From assembly GCA_018263585.1 (NCBI GenBank), contig JAANWZ010000130.1:14062-78061 (forward strand): a stretch of DNA of 64,000 nt, in the 5' to 3' direction. The DNA is from Calditrichota bacterium (GTDB lineage Bacteria > Electryoneota > Electryoneia > Electryoneales > Electryoneaceae). Positions 1 through 11,248 of the stretch are shown here, in pieces; position 1 is the first letter of the stretch, and each line of letters opens with the position of its first letter. Made by a program: the position numbers and the translations under genes. The notes beneath the pieces were generated by a model. That model searched no databases and had not been told where the DNA came from. It worked only from the letters and a program-made list of their open reading frames with translations.

Positions 1-1179
1 GAAGAAACCCCGGAGCGCGAATACTACGATCTCAACCTCGGCCCGTCCCACCCGGCGATGCACGGCATCCTCGAAAACCGGGTCAAGCTGGACGGCGAGC
101 GGATCGTCGACTGCGAATCCCACATCGGCTACTGCCACCGCAGCTTCGAGAAACTGGCCGAGCACTACAGCTACAACCAGGTGCTCACGATCACCGACCG
201 GATGAACTACGTGTCGGCGATGGCGAACAACATCGGCTGGACGCTCGCCGCGGAGAAACTGCTCGGGATCGAGGTGCCGAAGCGCGTGCAGTACGTGCGC
301 GTGATCATGCTCGAGCTGAACCGGATCATCGACCACCTCGTGCGCGTCGGCATCCTCGGCGTGGACAGCGGCGCGTACACCGGCTTTCTCTACTTCTTCG
401 AGCAGCGCGAACGGTCGTACAAGATCATCGAGAAGCTGACCGGCGCGCGGCTCACGACAACGTTCGGCCGCGTCGGCGGGCTCGACCGGCCGCTCTATCC
501 CGAGTTCAAGGAAGACATCTACGAGTGGATCGGCCCGTTGCGCAAGGTGCTGAAGGAGTTCCACACGATGCTCACGCGCAACCGGATCTTCATCGAGCGG
601 CTGCGCGACGTGAGCCCGATGAATGCCGAGCGTGCGCTCGAGTGGGGCTACACCGGACCGATGCTGCGCGCGGCGGGAGTCGAATATGACCTGCGCAAAC
701 ACGAGCCGTACAGCAGCTACGAGGACTTCGACTTCGAGATCCCGCTCGGCGGTACCGGCGACGCCTACGACCGCTACATGGTCTGCATGGAGGAGATGGA
801 GCAGAGCATCCGCATCATCGAGCAGGCCGTCGAAAACCTGCCGGAGGGCCCGCATCACGCCGATGTGCCCGAGGTCTATCTCCCCGAAAAGAAGGACGTC
901 TATTCGAACATGGAAGCGATGATCTACCACTTCAAGATCATCATGCACGGGATTTGTCCGCCGGCCGGGGAGGTGTACCAGGCGATCGAGGCGCCGAACG
1001 GCGAACTCGGCTTCTACTGCGTGAGCGACGGCGGCCCGAACCCGTACCGCCTCCACTTCCGTTCGCCCTGCCTCTACTACTACCAGTCGATCGAGGAACT
1101 GTTGCGGGGCGGGCTGATCGCGGACGCGATCATGACGATTTCCAGCATCAACGTGATCGCCGGCGAACTGGAGAGATAG
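1..1179 (+). CDS. nuoD: NADH-quinone oxidoreductase subunit D (49 kDa), truncated at the 5' end of the window
   Basis: Frame is open from nt 1 ([25 protein letters not shown]...). C-terminal sequence is typical of NuoD. Followed by nuoE-N in order. Confidence 0.9.
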   Translation, partial: EETPEREYYDLNLGPSHPAMHGILENRVKLDGERIVDCESHIGYCHRSFEKLAEHYSYNQVLTITDRMNYVSAMANNIGWTLAAEKLLGIEVPKRVQYVRVIMLELNRIIDHLVRVGILGVDSGAYTGFLYFFEQRERSYKIIEKLTGARLTTTFGRVGGLDRPLYPEFKEDIYEWIGPLRKVLKEFHTMLTRNRIFIERLRDVSPMNAERALEWGYTGPMLRAAGVEYDLRKHEPYSSYEDFDFEIPLGGTGDAYDRYMVCMEEMEQSIRIIEQAVENLPEGPHHADVPEVYLPEKKDVYSNMEAMIYHFKIIMHGICPPAGEVYQAIEAPNGELGFYCVSDGGPNPYRLHFRSPCLYYYQSIEELLRGGLIADAIMTISSINVIAGELER

Positions 1180-1185
1180 CGAACG

Positions 1186-1683
1186 ATGGCCTACGAGCTT
1201 TCCGCGGAAAACCAGCAGCGGGTGAAGGAGGTCGCGGCACGGTACCCGCACAACATGTCCGCGATCCTCCCGGCGCTGCACATCGTGTTCGCCGAGCGCG
1301 GCTGGATCGACAGGGAAGCGTGCGATCATGTCGCCGAGTTGCTCGACGTGCCCCCGATCCACGTGTACGAGGCGATGACGTTCTACACCTACTTCCCGCG
1401 CAAACCGGTCGGGAAGTACCACATCCAGCTGTGCCACAACATCGCCTGCAACCTGCGCGGCGCGGAGAACCTGATCGAATACATGCGCGACAAACACGGG
1501 ATCGAGGAGGACAGGGTCACCGGGGACGGCCTGTTCTGCCTGCACCGCGTCGAATGTCTCGGCGCGTGCGGCGGCGCGCCGATGATGCAGGTCAACGACG
1601 ACTACTACGAAAACCTGTCCCCCGAGAAGATCGAAGAGCTGATCGAAGGCTGGAAACGGGAAGCGGGCAACGGGCGCAGGTAG
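1186..1683 (+). CDS. nuoE: NADH-quinone oxidoreductase subunit E (24 kDa, 2Fe-2S)
   Basis: 165 aa with CxxxxC...CxxxC cysteine motifs (CHNIACNL, CLGACGGAP). Sits between nuoD and nuoF. Confidence 0.88.
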   Translation: MAYELSAENQQRVKEVAARYPHNMSAILPALHIVFAERGWIDREACDHVAELLDVPPIHVYEAMTFYTYFPRKPVGKYHIQLCHNIACNLRGAENLIEYMRDKHGIEEDRVTGDGLFCLHRVECLGACGGAPMMQVNDDYYENLSPEKIEELIEGWKREAGNGRR

Positions 1684-1704
1684 CCCGGGTTCGCCGAACC
1701 CGGG
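1684..1704 (+). terminator. Hairpin CCCGGGTTCG-C-CGAACCCGGG immediately after the nuoE stop (no U-tract)
   Basis: Perfect 10-bp inverted repeat starting 1 nt after the TAG. Confidence 0.5.
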
Positions 1705-1743
1705 GACGGTCGACGGAACAGGCCCGTGTGAACGGAGACGATC

Positions 1744-3186
1744 ATGGCGCTCGAGAAGATCGTGTTCAAAGGGATCGATATCCCCGGCCGCACCGAGATC
1801 TCGGTGTACGAGGACGGCGGCGGGTATGCGCAGTGGAAACGCGTGCTCAGCGAGAAGATCGAGCCGAATGAGCTGATCGAAACCGTGAAGGCCTCCGGCC
1901 TGCGCGGGCGCGGCGGCGCGGGCTTCCCGACCGGGCTCAAGTGGAGTTTCGTGCCCGCCGATTCGCCGAAGCCGAAGTACATGCTCTGCAACGCGGACGA
2001 GTCCGAACCGGGCACGTTCAAGGACCGTGAGATTCTCGAAAAGGACCCGCATCAGTTGCTCGAGGGTGTGCTGCTCGGCTCGTACGCGATCGGCGCGAAC
2101 ACCGCCTACATCTACCTGCGCGGGGAGTTCGTCAAGGGCTGGAAGATGGTCGAGAGGGCGATCGCCGAGGCGCGCGAAGCCGGATACATCGGCAAAAACG
2201 TGCTCGGCAGCGGGTTCGATATCGAGGTGTGGACGCACCGCGGCGCCGGCGCATACATCTGCGGCGAAGAGACCGCGATGATCAACAGCCTCGAAGGAAA
2301 ACGCGGCGAACCACGGCTGAAACCGCCGTTCCCGGCCGTCGAGGGCTTCTACAAGTGCCCGACGATCGTGAACAATGTCGAGACGCTCGCCGCCGTGCCG
2401 AAGATCGTGGAGAACGGGCCCGAATGGTACGGCCAGTGGGGCACGGAGAAATCGAAGGGCACGAAGTTGTGGTCGGTGTGCGGGCATGTCGCGCGCCCGG
2501 GGGTCTATGAAGTCCCGCTCGGCTACCCTGCGCAGAAGTTCTTCGAGGAAGATCTCGGCGGCTGCTGGAACGGCAACAAGCTGAAGGCGGTGATCCCCGG
2601 CGGATCGTCCGTGTTTGCGATGACGCCGGACGAGTTCTTCGCCTGCAACCTCGACTACGAATCGATCGCCGAGCACGGCTCGATGCTCGGCTCCGGCGGG
2701 ATGATCATCTTCGACGAGACCGCCTGCCTCGTCGAAGCGAGCACGGTGATCGCTCACTTCTACGCGCACGAGTCGTGCGGGCAGTGCACACCGTGCCGCG
2801 AGGGGTGCGGCTGGGTGCTGCGCATGTTCAGAGACATCGAAGCCGGCCAGCCGCAGCCCGGCGCGAAAGATGTGCTGCTCGATGTGATGGACCAGATCTT
2901 CGGCGCGACGATCTGCCCGCTCGGCGACTCGATCGTGATGCCGATCAAGTCGATGATGGAGAAGTTCCCGGAGGAGTTCGAATACTACATCCGGGAGGGG
3001 AAGTCGATGGTGACCGGCAAGACCCGCCTCGCGCAGCTCGCCCAGCCGGACAAGCCGGAGAACTGGCGCCGCGGGGAACCGTTCGACTACCCGCGCGAGC
3101 AGGACTACAAGACGAGCTTCAAGGGCCTCGCGCACGATCTCTCGCGGGGTCCGGAGCCGCTGTTCACGAAGTTCGAGGACGAGTAG
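1744..3186 (+). CDS. nuoF: NADH-quinone oxidoreductase subunit F (51 kDa, FMN/NADH-binding), with a ~40 aa C-terminal extension
   Basis: GRGGAGFPTGLKW flavin/NADH motif. ESCGQCTPCREG 4Fe-4S motif. 480 aa. Confidence 0.9.
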   Translation: MALEKIVFKGIDIPGRTEISVYEDGGGYAQWKRVLSEKIEPNELIETVKASGLRGRGGAGFPTGLKWSFVPADSPKPKYMLCNADESEPGTFKDREILEKDPHQLLEGVLLGSYAIGANTAYIYLRGEFVKGWKMVERAIAEAREAGYIGKNVLGSGFDIEVWTHRGAGAYICGEETAMINSLEGKRGEPRLKPPFPAVEGFYKCPTIVNNVETLAAVPKIVENGPEWYGQWGTEKSKGTKLWSVCGHVARPGVYEVPLGYPAQKFFEEDLGGCWNGNKLKAVIPGGSSVFAMTPDEFFACNLDYESIAEHGSMLGSGGMIIFDETACLVEASTVIAHFYAHESCGQCTPCREGCGWVLRMFRDIEAGQPQPGAKDVLLDVMDQIFGATICPLGDSIVMPIKSMMEKFPEEFEYYIREGKSMVTGKTRLAQLAQPDKPENWRRGEPFDYPREQDYKTSFKGLAHDLSRGPEPLFTKFEDE

Positions 3187-3259
3187 CCCGGGTTCGCTGA
3201 ACCCGGGATCGAGGACTGCGAAACGTACGCTGGGAGACCCCGGCTTCGACGAAGCCGGG
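3187..3259 (+). repeat. Two CCCGGNTTCG/CGAANCCGGG hairpins plus a 20-nt direct repeat after the nuoF stop
   Basis: Hairpins at 3187-3207 and 3239-3259. Direct repeat CTGCGAAACGTACGCYGGGA at 3216-3235 and 3263-3282. Confidence 0.6.
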
Positions 3260-3292
3260 CTACTGCGAAACGTACGCCGGGAGTTCAACGAT

Positions 3293-4324
3293 ATGCCCAC
3301 TGTAACAATAGACGGCAAGCAGGTCGAGGTCCCGGATGGACTGACCATCCTCTGGGCCGCGCGCAAGGCGGGCGTGAACATCCCGACGTACTGCTACTAC
3401 CCGTGGTTCGCGCCGCAGGGCAATTGCCGCATCTGTCTCGTCGAGGTGGAGGGGGTCGGCAAGCTCCAGATCGGGTGCCAGACGCCGGTGCGTGACGGGA
3501 TGGTCGTGCACACGAACAACGAGCGCGTGTTCAAGGCGCGCCGCGGGGTGATGGAGTTCCTGCTCCTGCACCACCCGCTCGACTGCCCGATCTGCGACCA
3601 GGCGGGCGAGTGCGATCTGCAGGACTACGGCTACAAATACGGTTTCCCGGTCGGCCGCAACCGGCATCTCCGGCGCACGTTCCCGAAGACCGACTACGGC
3701 GAGAAGATCTCGAAGGAGATGAACCGCTGCATCCACTGCCGGCGCTGCATCCGTCTCGCGGAAGACTACATGGGCGTGCACCACATCGGCATGCTCAACC
3801 GCGGCGACCACTCCGAGATCGGGTCGTACATCGAGGCGGCGATCCCGAGCGGCTGGGCCGGCAACGTGATCGACATCTGCCCGGTCGGTGCGCTCACCGA
3901 CAAGAAGATGCGTTTCTCCGCCCGGGTCTGGGACCTCGAGCATGTCCCCGCGCGGCTGAAGGAGAGCGCGATGAAGGACCCGGTCAAGTGCCGGTACGGC
4001 TCCGAGGCGATGCTCGGTCTCTACCGCGGCAAGATCTACCGGGTGACCGCGCGCATGGATGAGCACCGGGTGATGAAGTCGATGATCTGCGACGAGGCCC
4101 GGTTCGAGCACTACGACCTCGACGACTGGATCATCGAGGAGGACGCCGACATCACGACCCCGGTGGAGAGCGGGCCGCGCCCGGCACGGGAGCTGGAAGA
4201 AATGGCGCGCAAGGAGCTGGAAGAGGAAGGCAAACTGAACGGCGGGAGGGTCGAATCGCCCCCGCCATCCGAAATCAGCAGCGCGCCGGGCACAGGAATG
4301 GACCTCGGCAGGCAAACGGAGTGA
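3293..4324 (+). CDS. nuoG: NADH-quinone oxidoreductase subunit G, short form (Fe-S N-terminal domains only, 343 aa)
   Basis: N-terminal 2Fe-2S ferredoxin fold (CRICLVEV..GCQTP). HHPLDCPICDQAGECDLQ 4Fe-4S motif. CIHCRRCIR motif. No molybdopterin-like domain. Confidence 0.85.
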   Translation: MPTVTIDGKQVEVPDGLTILWAARKAGVNIPTYCYYPWFAPQGNCRICLVEVEGVGKLQIGCQTPVRDGMVVHTNNERVFKARRGVMEFLLLHHPLDCPICDQAGECDLQDYGYKYGFPVGRNRHLRRTFPKTDYGEKISKEMNRCIHCRRCIRLAEDYMGVHHIGMLNRGDHSEIGSYIEAAIPSGWAGNVIDICPVGALTDKKMRFSARVWDLEHVPARLKESAMKDPVKCRYGSEAMLGLYRGKIYRVTARMDEHRVMKSMICDEARFEHYDLDDWIIEEDADITTPVESGPRPARELEEMARKELEEEGKLNGGRVESPPPSEISSAPGTGMDLGRQTE

Positions 4325-4328
4325 GCGA

Positions 4329-5381
4329 ATGAGCGAGATCGGCGCGTTTCTCCTCGAAAAGACAGTCGTCGGGTCGGTGATGTTCGGGGTCACACTCGGC
4401 GTGGTTGCGTACGCGACACTCGGCGAGCGCAAGCTGTCCGGGTTCTTCCAGGACCGTCACGGGCCGAACCGCGCCGGGCCGTGGGGCCTGTTCCAGCCGA
4501 TCGCGGACGGCGTCAAGTTCTTCACGAAAGAGGAGTTCATCCCGGACCGCGCGAACAAGGCGCTGTTTGTGATCGCGCCCACGTTCACATTCATGGCCGC
4601 CGGGTTCCTGATCGCGGTGATCCCGTTCGGCGATCGGATCGTGGTCAACGGGCGCGAGATCCTGCTCCAGATCGCGGATGTCAACATCGGCATCCTCTAC
4701 ATCCTCGCGATCAGTTCGCTCGGGGTTTACGGCGTGATCACCGGCGGCTGGGCGTCGAACAACAAGTATTCGCTGATGGGCGGGCTGCGCTCATCGAGCC
4801 AGATGATCTCCTACGAGATCGCGATGGGACTCGCGGTCGTCGCGCTGCTCATCGATCACGGCACCCTCTCGCTGCGACAGATCGTGCTCAACCAGACCGG
4901 GCCGATCTGGCAGTGGAGCGTGTTCACCCACCCGCTCGGGTTCATCATCTTCTACGTGTCCGCGTTCGCGGAGGCGGCGCGGATCCCGTTCGACCTGCCC
5001 GAGGCGGAAAACGAACTCGTCGGCGGCTACCACACCGAGTACTCGGCGATGAAGTTCGGCCTGTTTCAGTTCGGCGAGTACACGCACATGACGCTCGCGA
5101 GCGGGTTGATCGCGACGCTCTACTTCGGCGGCTGGTCGATCCCGTGGCTGACAGCGCCGGCGGAGCCGACGGTCTGGTGGGGACTGCTCACGTTCGCTGT
5201 GTTCTGGATCAAGACGTTCTTCTTCATGTTCGTGTTCATCTGGGTGCGCTGGACGCTGCCGCGGTTCCGCTACGACCAGCTGATGGGACTCGGCTGGAAG
5301 AAGCTGATCCCGCTCGCAGTGCTCAACATCTTGGCGATGGCGGCGATCCTGATCGCCACCGGCGGCGCGGGGATGGAATGA
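4329..5381 (+). CDS. nuoH: NADH-quinone oxidoreductase subunit H (membrane)
   Basis: 350 aa polytopic membrane protein with NuoH/ND1-like sequence. Starts 5 nt after nuoG. Confidence 0.9.
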   Translation: MSEIGAFLLEKTVVGSVMFGVTLGVVAYATLGERKLSGFFQDRHGPNRAGPWGLFQPIADGVKFFTKEEFIPDRANKALFVIAPTFTFMAAGFLIAVIPFGDRIVVNGREILLQIADVNIGILYILAISSLGVYGVITGGWASNNKYSLMGGLRSSSQMISYEIAMGLAVVALLIDHGTLSLRQIVLNQTGPIWQWSVFTHPLGFIIFYVSAFAEAARIPFDLPEAENELVGGYHTEYSAMKFGLFQFGEYTHMTLASGLIATLYFGGWSIPWLTAPAEPTVWWGLLTFAVFWIKTFFFMFVFIWVRWTLPRFRYDQLMGLGWKKLIPLAVLNILAMAAILIATGGAGME

Positions 5382-5660
5382 TTCGACCACGGATAAAACG
5401 GATGGAACGGATATATGGACCACAGAACACAGGGAATACACGGAACGATTGACTTTAATTGTCTCCTGGCAGATGTTGCTGTTCTCCCTGTTGATTTTAT
5501 CGGTTCGGATGGTTAGAGCTGAACTTCACTTTTAGATGCTCAATTAAGTAGTTGCAATTTGCAATACGTTCATCTTTTATCCGTGTTTTCCGTATCATCC
5601 GTGGTCAGAGAATTTGTTTTCAGTGTATTCCGTGGTAAGAGAGGCAGACCGAGGCAATAG
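5382..5660 (+). promoter_or_regulatory. AT-rich (~40% GC) island inside the nuo operon with terminal inverted repeats and an ACGGAT motif array; possible internal promoter or operator
   Basis: GACCACGGAT...ATCCGTGGTC inverted ends (5385-5414 vs 5579-5606). At least 8 ACGGA/TCCGT motifs in either orientation. GC content far below the flanks. Confidence 0.4.
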
Positions 5661-6173
5661 ATGGCGAACACCGAAGTAAAGAGCGACCCGTTCCGCAAGT
5701 ATGATCTCACGCTCGCGGAGCGTTTGTATATCCCGGCGATCATGAAGGGGATGGGGGTGACCCTGTCGCATTTCTTCCGCAAGCCGGTCACCGTCCAGTA
5801 CCCGGAGCAGAAGCCGGAGATCAGCCACCGCTGGCGCGGGCGGCACGTGCTCAAGCGTGACGAGTTCGGCCGTGAACGCTGCGTCGGCTGCCAGATGTGC
5901 GAGCTCGCGTGCCCGGCGGATGCGATCACGATCCAGGCGGGCGAGGTGCCACCGGAGCGACGCCATCTGCACACGACCGAACGCTACGCGGTCACTTATG
6001 AAATAGACATGCTGCGCTGCATCTATTGCGGAATGTGCGAGGAGGCGTGCCCGGAGGCGGCAATCTTCCTCACACCGTTCTACGAGTTCGCCGAAGACAG
6101 CCGCGAGAAGCTGATTTACTCGAAAGAGATGCTGACCGAGAAGGTCGGCGGGCCGATATTCTACAAGGACTGA
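5661..6173 (+). CDS. nuoI: NADH-quinone oxidoreductase subunit I (2x 4Fe-4S ferredoxin)
   Basis: Two CxxCxxCxxxCP motifs (CVGCQMCELACP, CIYCGMCEEACP). GAGG RBS upstream. Confidence 0.9.
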   Translation: MANTEVKSDPFRKYDLTLAERLYIPAIMKGMGVTLSHFFRKPVTVQYPEQKPEISHRWRGRHVLKRDEFGRERCVGCQMCELACPADAITIQAGEVPPERRHLHTTERYAVTYEIDMLRCIYCGMCEEACPEAAIFLTPFYEFAEDSREKLIYSKEMLTEKVGGPIFYKD

Positions 6174-6182
6174 ACGCGCCGC

Positions 6183-6200
6183 GTGTCATCCTGAACAAGC
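6183..6200. repeat. Solo terminus of a MITE-like element (GTGTCATCCTGAACAAGC)
   Basis: 18-bp match to the left end of variant copy E. Lies in the nuoI-nuoJ spacer. Confidence 0.5.
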
Positions 6201-6228
6201 CGGCGATAGCGCACAACCTGAGACGGTT

Positions 6229-6747
6229 ATGGACTCACAGACAATCGTGTTCGCGATCCTCGCGCTGATCTCGCTGTTCGGCGGGATCATGGTCGTGACG
6301 CGACGCAACCCGGTGCACAGCATCCTGTTCCTCGTGCTCACGTTCTTCTGTTTCGCGGGGTTCTATGTGATGCTCGGTGCGACCTTCCTCGCCGCGATCC
6401 AGGTGCTCGTCTATGCCGGCGCGATCATGGTCCTGTTCCTGTTTGTCGTGATGATGCTCAACCTGCGCGAGCCGGAGGCGCTGGAAGGCGGCCCGTCGTT
6501 CTTCCAGACGCTCGGGTTCATCGTCGCGGCGGGGATGGCGGTGCTGCTGCTCGCGTACTTCGCCGGGCGGCCGGGACCGGGCGTGCCGCCGTTTTCCGCG
6601 GGCGAGACGGCCTACGAGGTCGGCGGCCCGGAGAGCCTGGGCATGCTGCTGTTCACCGAGTACGTGTTCCCGGTCGAGATCGCGGGCATTCTCCTGCTCG
6701 CCGCGGTGATCGGCGCGGTCGCGCTGGCGAAACGGAAACGGGTGTGA
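6229..6747 (+). CDS. nuoJ: NADH-quinone oxidoreductase subunit J
   Basis: 172 aa hydrophobic protein in nuoI-nuoK position. Confidence 0.85.
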   Translation: MDSQTIVFAILALISLFGGIMVVTRRNPVHSILFLVLTFFCFAGFYVMLGATFLAAIQVLVYAGAIMVLFLFVVMMLNLREPEALEGGPSFFQTLGFIVAAGMAVLLLAYFAGRPGPGVPPFSAGETAYEVGGPESLGMLLFTEYVFPVEIAGILLLAAVIGAVALAKRKRV

Positions 6748-7061
6748 TCATGGAAACGACCGTCGGCCTCAACCATTACCTGATCCTTGCTGCGCTGTTG
6801 TTCTGCATCGGAATCGCCGGCGTGCTCACGCGCCGCAACCTGCTGATCATCTTCATGTCCGTCGAGCTGATGCTCAACTCGGCGAACCTGACCCTGATCG
6901 CGTTCAGCCACTACCTGGTGAACGCGGTCGGGATGGTATTCGTCTTTTTCACGATGACTGTCGCGGCGGCGGAGGTCGGTGTCGGGCTCGCGATCGTGGT
7001 TACGATCTTCCGCAACATCGAGTCGCTCGACATCCGGAAGCTGAACGTGCTCAAGCACTGA
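6744..7061 (+). CDS. nuoK: NADH-quinone oxidoreductase subunit K
   Basis: ~100 aa three-helix membrane protein (LNHYLILAALLFCIG...). GTGA overlap with the nuoJ stop. An alternative ATG start lies at 6750. Confidence 0.85.
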   Translation: MIMETTVGLNHYLILAALLFCIGIAGVLTRRNLLIIFMSVELMLNSANLTLIAFSHYLVNAVGMVFVFFTMTVAAAEVGVGLAIVVTIFRNIESLDIRKLNVLKH

Positions 7062-7065
7062 TCCG

Positions 7066-7107
7066 GCTGGCGGCTGGCGGCCGGCGGCTGGCGACCGACG
7101 GCTGACG
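7066..7107. repeat. Degenerate heptamer tandem repeat (GCTGGCG)n, about 6 units
   Basis: gctggcg gctggcg gccggcg gctggcg accgacg gctgacg, between nuoK and nuoL. Confidence 0.7.
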
Positions 7108-7132
7108 ACTGAATCAGGACAGGGAGGAACCG

Positions 7133-9133
<2,001 letters not shown>

Positions 9134-9167
9134 TGCCGGTTCATATCCAGTATGCGCGTTCCACTGT

Positions 9168-9309
9168 GTCATTCTGACGCCCGAAGGGCGGAAGAAGGTC
9201 CGAGTACGAAACCGGTGGTTACTGTCTGGATCACCCTTGCTGGAACTGGACCTTCCCTTCACTGCGTTCAGGATGAACTTCACGCCGCTGAGGCGGCGTT
9301 CAGAATGAC
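9168..9309. repeat. MITE/REP-like composite palindromic element, copy A
   Basis: Termini GTCATTCTGAC...GTTCAGAATGAC. Internal GAAGAAGGTCC / GGACCTTCCCTTCACTGCGTTCAGGA inverted pair. Confidence 0.8.
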
Positions 9310-9375
9310 GAAACGCCAACTGGATCGGAACTGGCAACAGTGGACCGGATCACATGAAACGACAGGTGACCGACC

Positions 9376-9529
9376 GTCATCCTGAAGCCGCGGGCGGCGT
9401 CAGTCTGCCCCACGCGACTGAAGGAGGTCCGAGTACGACGTCGGAGAGGCATGCATTTACAACCGTTTGTCTACCTGGACCTTCTTCACTACGCCCGATA
9501 AACTGAAATCGGGCTGCGTTCAGAATGAC
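9376..9529. repeat. MITE/REP-like element, copy B (tandem with A)
   Basis: GTCATCCTGAAGCC...GCGTTCAGAATGAC. Internal AAGGAGGTCC / GGACCTTCTTCACT. Confidence 0.8.
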
Positions 9530-9582
9530 GCAGAATCAGCTCTCGTTCCATGTGGTTTGTTCCGTTCATCAGGGAGACCACA

Positions 9583-11061
9583 ATGTCCTGGTGGTTAACC
9601 GCCATCGTGTTCATCCCGACCATCGGCGTGCTCGTGCTCCTGTTCGCGCCGCCGGCGCGGGAGAAGTTCATCCGCTGGTGGTCGTTCGCGGTGATGACGG
9701 TCGGCTTTCTTGTCTCGCTGCCGTTGTTCTGGTTGTTCGACGCGAGCACGGCGGCGTTTCAATTCATCGACAAGGCGCCGTGGATCCGTTCGCTCGGGAT
9801 CGACTACCACCTCGGCGTGGACGGGATCAGCCTGCTGCTCGTGCTGCTCACAACCTTCCTCGGCCCGATCGTCGTGCTCGGCAGCGGCAGCGTGACCAGG
9901 CACCTCAAGGGATACTTCATCAGCCTGCTCATCCTGCAGACCGGGATGCTCGGCGCGTTTGTCGCGCTCGACCTGTTCCTCTTCTACGTATTCTGGGAAG
10001 TGATGCTGATCCCGATGTACTTCATCATCGGGATCTGGGGCGGAGTCGCGCGCATCTACGCCGCGGTCAAGTTCTTCATCTACACGATGATCGGCTCATT
10101 GTTGATGCTGATCGGGATTCTCTGGATCTACTTCAACACGACCGTGCCGGGGATCGGCCACACGTTCGACTACACGCTGCTGGTGCAGCACGCGAACTTC
10201 CCGGTACAGGCGCAGATGTGGCTGTTCGCCGCGTTCGCGCTCGCGTTCGCGATCAAGGTGCCGATGTTCCCGTTCCATACGTGGCTCCCGGACGCGCACG
10301 TCGAGGCGCCGACCGCTGGCTCGGTGATCCTCGCCGGCGTGCTGCTGAAACTCGGCACGTACGGGTTCATCCGGTTCGCGATGCCGCTGTTCCCCGATGC
10401 GGTCGTCAGCTTCCGCCCGCTGATGCTCGCGCTCGCGGTGATCGGGATCATCTACGGCGCGATCGTCTCGATCGCGCAGAAGGACATGAAGAAACTGGTC
10501 GCGTACAGCTCGGTGAGCCACCTCGGGTTCGTGATGCTCGGGCTGTTCGCGCTCAACACGCAAGCGGTGTCCGGCGCGCTGATCCAGATGGTCAACCACG
10601 GGCTCTCGACCGGCGCCTTGTTCCTGCTCGTCGGCGTCGTCTACGACCGGCGGCACACGCGCCTGATCGCCGATTACGGCGGCATCGCCCGGTTCATGCC
10701 GTGGTATGCGGTCGTGTTCACAGCGGTCGCGTTATCGAGCATCGGCCTGCCCGGGCTGAACGGGTTCATCGGCGAATTCCTCGTGCTCGTCGGGACCTAC
10801 CAGGCGCACCCGGTGTGGGCGATCTTCGCCGCGACCGGCGTGATCCTCGCCGCGATCTACCTGCTCTGGATGATCCGGCGCGTCTTCTTCGGCGAGTTGA
10901 CGCACGATGAGAACAAGTCGCTGACCGACCTGAACGCGCGCGAGTGGGCGTCGCTGCTGCCGCTGCTCGTGTTCATCGTCTGGATCGGCGTGCATCCGAA
11001 CACGTTCCTGTCCAAGTTCACCGTCTCGATCCAGCATTTCCTGGCGCAGACGGTTCAGTAG
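9583..11061 (+). CDS. nuoM: NADH-quinone oxidoreductase subunit M (antiporter-like)
   Basis: ND4-family sequence. Start chosen at MSWWLTAIVF with an AGGGAG RBS 6 nt upstream. The ORF track's 9550 start runs into a repeat element. Confidence 0.85.
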   Translation: MSWWLTAIVFIPTIGVLVLLFAPPAREKFIRWWSFAVMTVGFLVSLPLFWLFDASTAAFQFIDKAPWIRSLGIDYHLGVDGISLLLVLLTTFLGPIVVLGSGSVTRHLKGYFISLLILQTGMLGAFVALDLFLFYVFWEVMLIPMYFIIGIWGGVARIYAAVKFFIYTMIGSLLMLIGILWIYFNTTVPGIGHTFDYTLLVQHANFPVQAQMWLFAAFALAFAIKVPMFPFHTWLPDAHVEAPTAGSVILAGVLLKLGTYGFIRFAMPLFPDAVVSFRPLMLALAVIGIIYGAIVSIAQKDMKKLVAYSSVSHLGFVMLGLFALNTQAVSGALIQMVNHGLSTGALFLLVGVVYDRRHTRLIADYGGIARFMPWYAVVFTAVALSSIGLPGLNGFIGEFLVLVGTYQAHPVWAIFAATGVILAAIYLLWMIRRVFFGELTHDENKSLTDLNAREWASLLPLLVFIVWIGVHPNTFLSKFTVSIQHFLAQTVQ

Positions 11062-11095
11062 TGGTTCGATTCGACTACTATGGGCGTAATTGATC

Positions 11096-11248
11096 GTCAT
11101 TCTGAAGCCGTGGCCGGTGTCCGTATACCGCCAACGGCTGAAGAAGGTCCAGATGCTGTACAGGTCAGCTATTCATAGAGACCGTCGGCGAACCGGGACC
11201 TTCTTCACTTCGTCCAGCAAACTAACGCTGGTCTTCGTTCAGAATGAC
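11096..11248. repeat. MITE/REP-like element, copy C
   Basis: GTCATTCTGAAGCC...CGTTCAGAATGAC. GAAGAAGGTCCA / GGACCTTCTTCACT. Confidence 0.8.

Noticed and set aside
954-1871. Overlapping alternative-frame ORFs across the nuo genes (954..1871, 3260..4432(-), 4481..5452, 9525..10910, 7639..8406 and others)
   Set aside because: Pro/Arg/Gly-rich out-of-frame translations of well-supported nuo genes. High GC suppresses stop codons in these frames.
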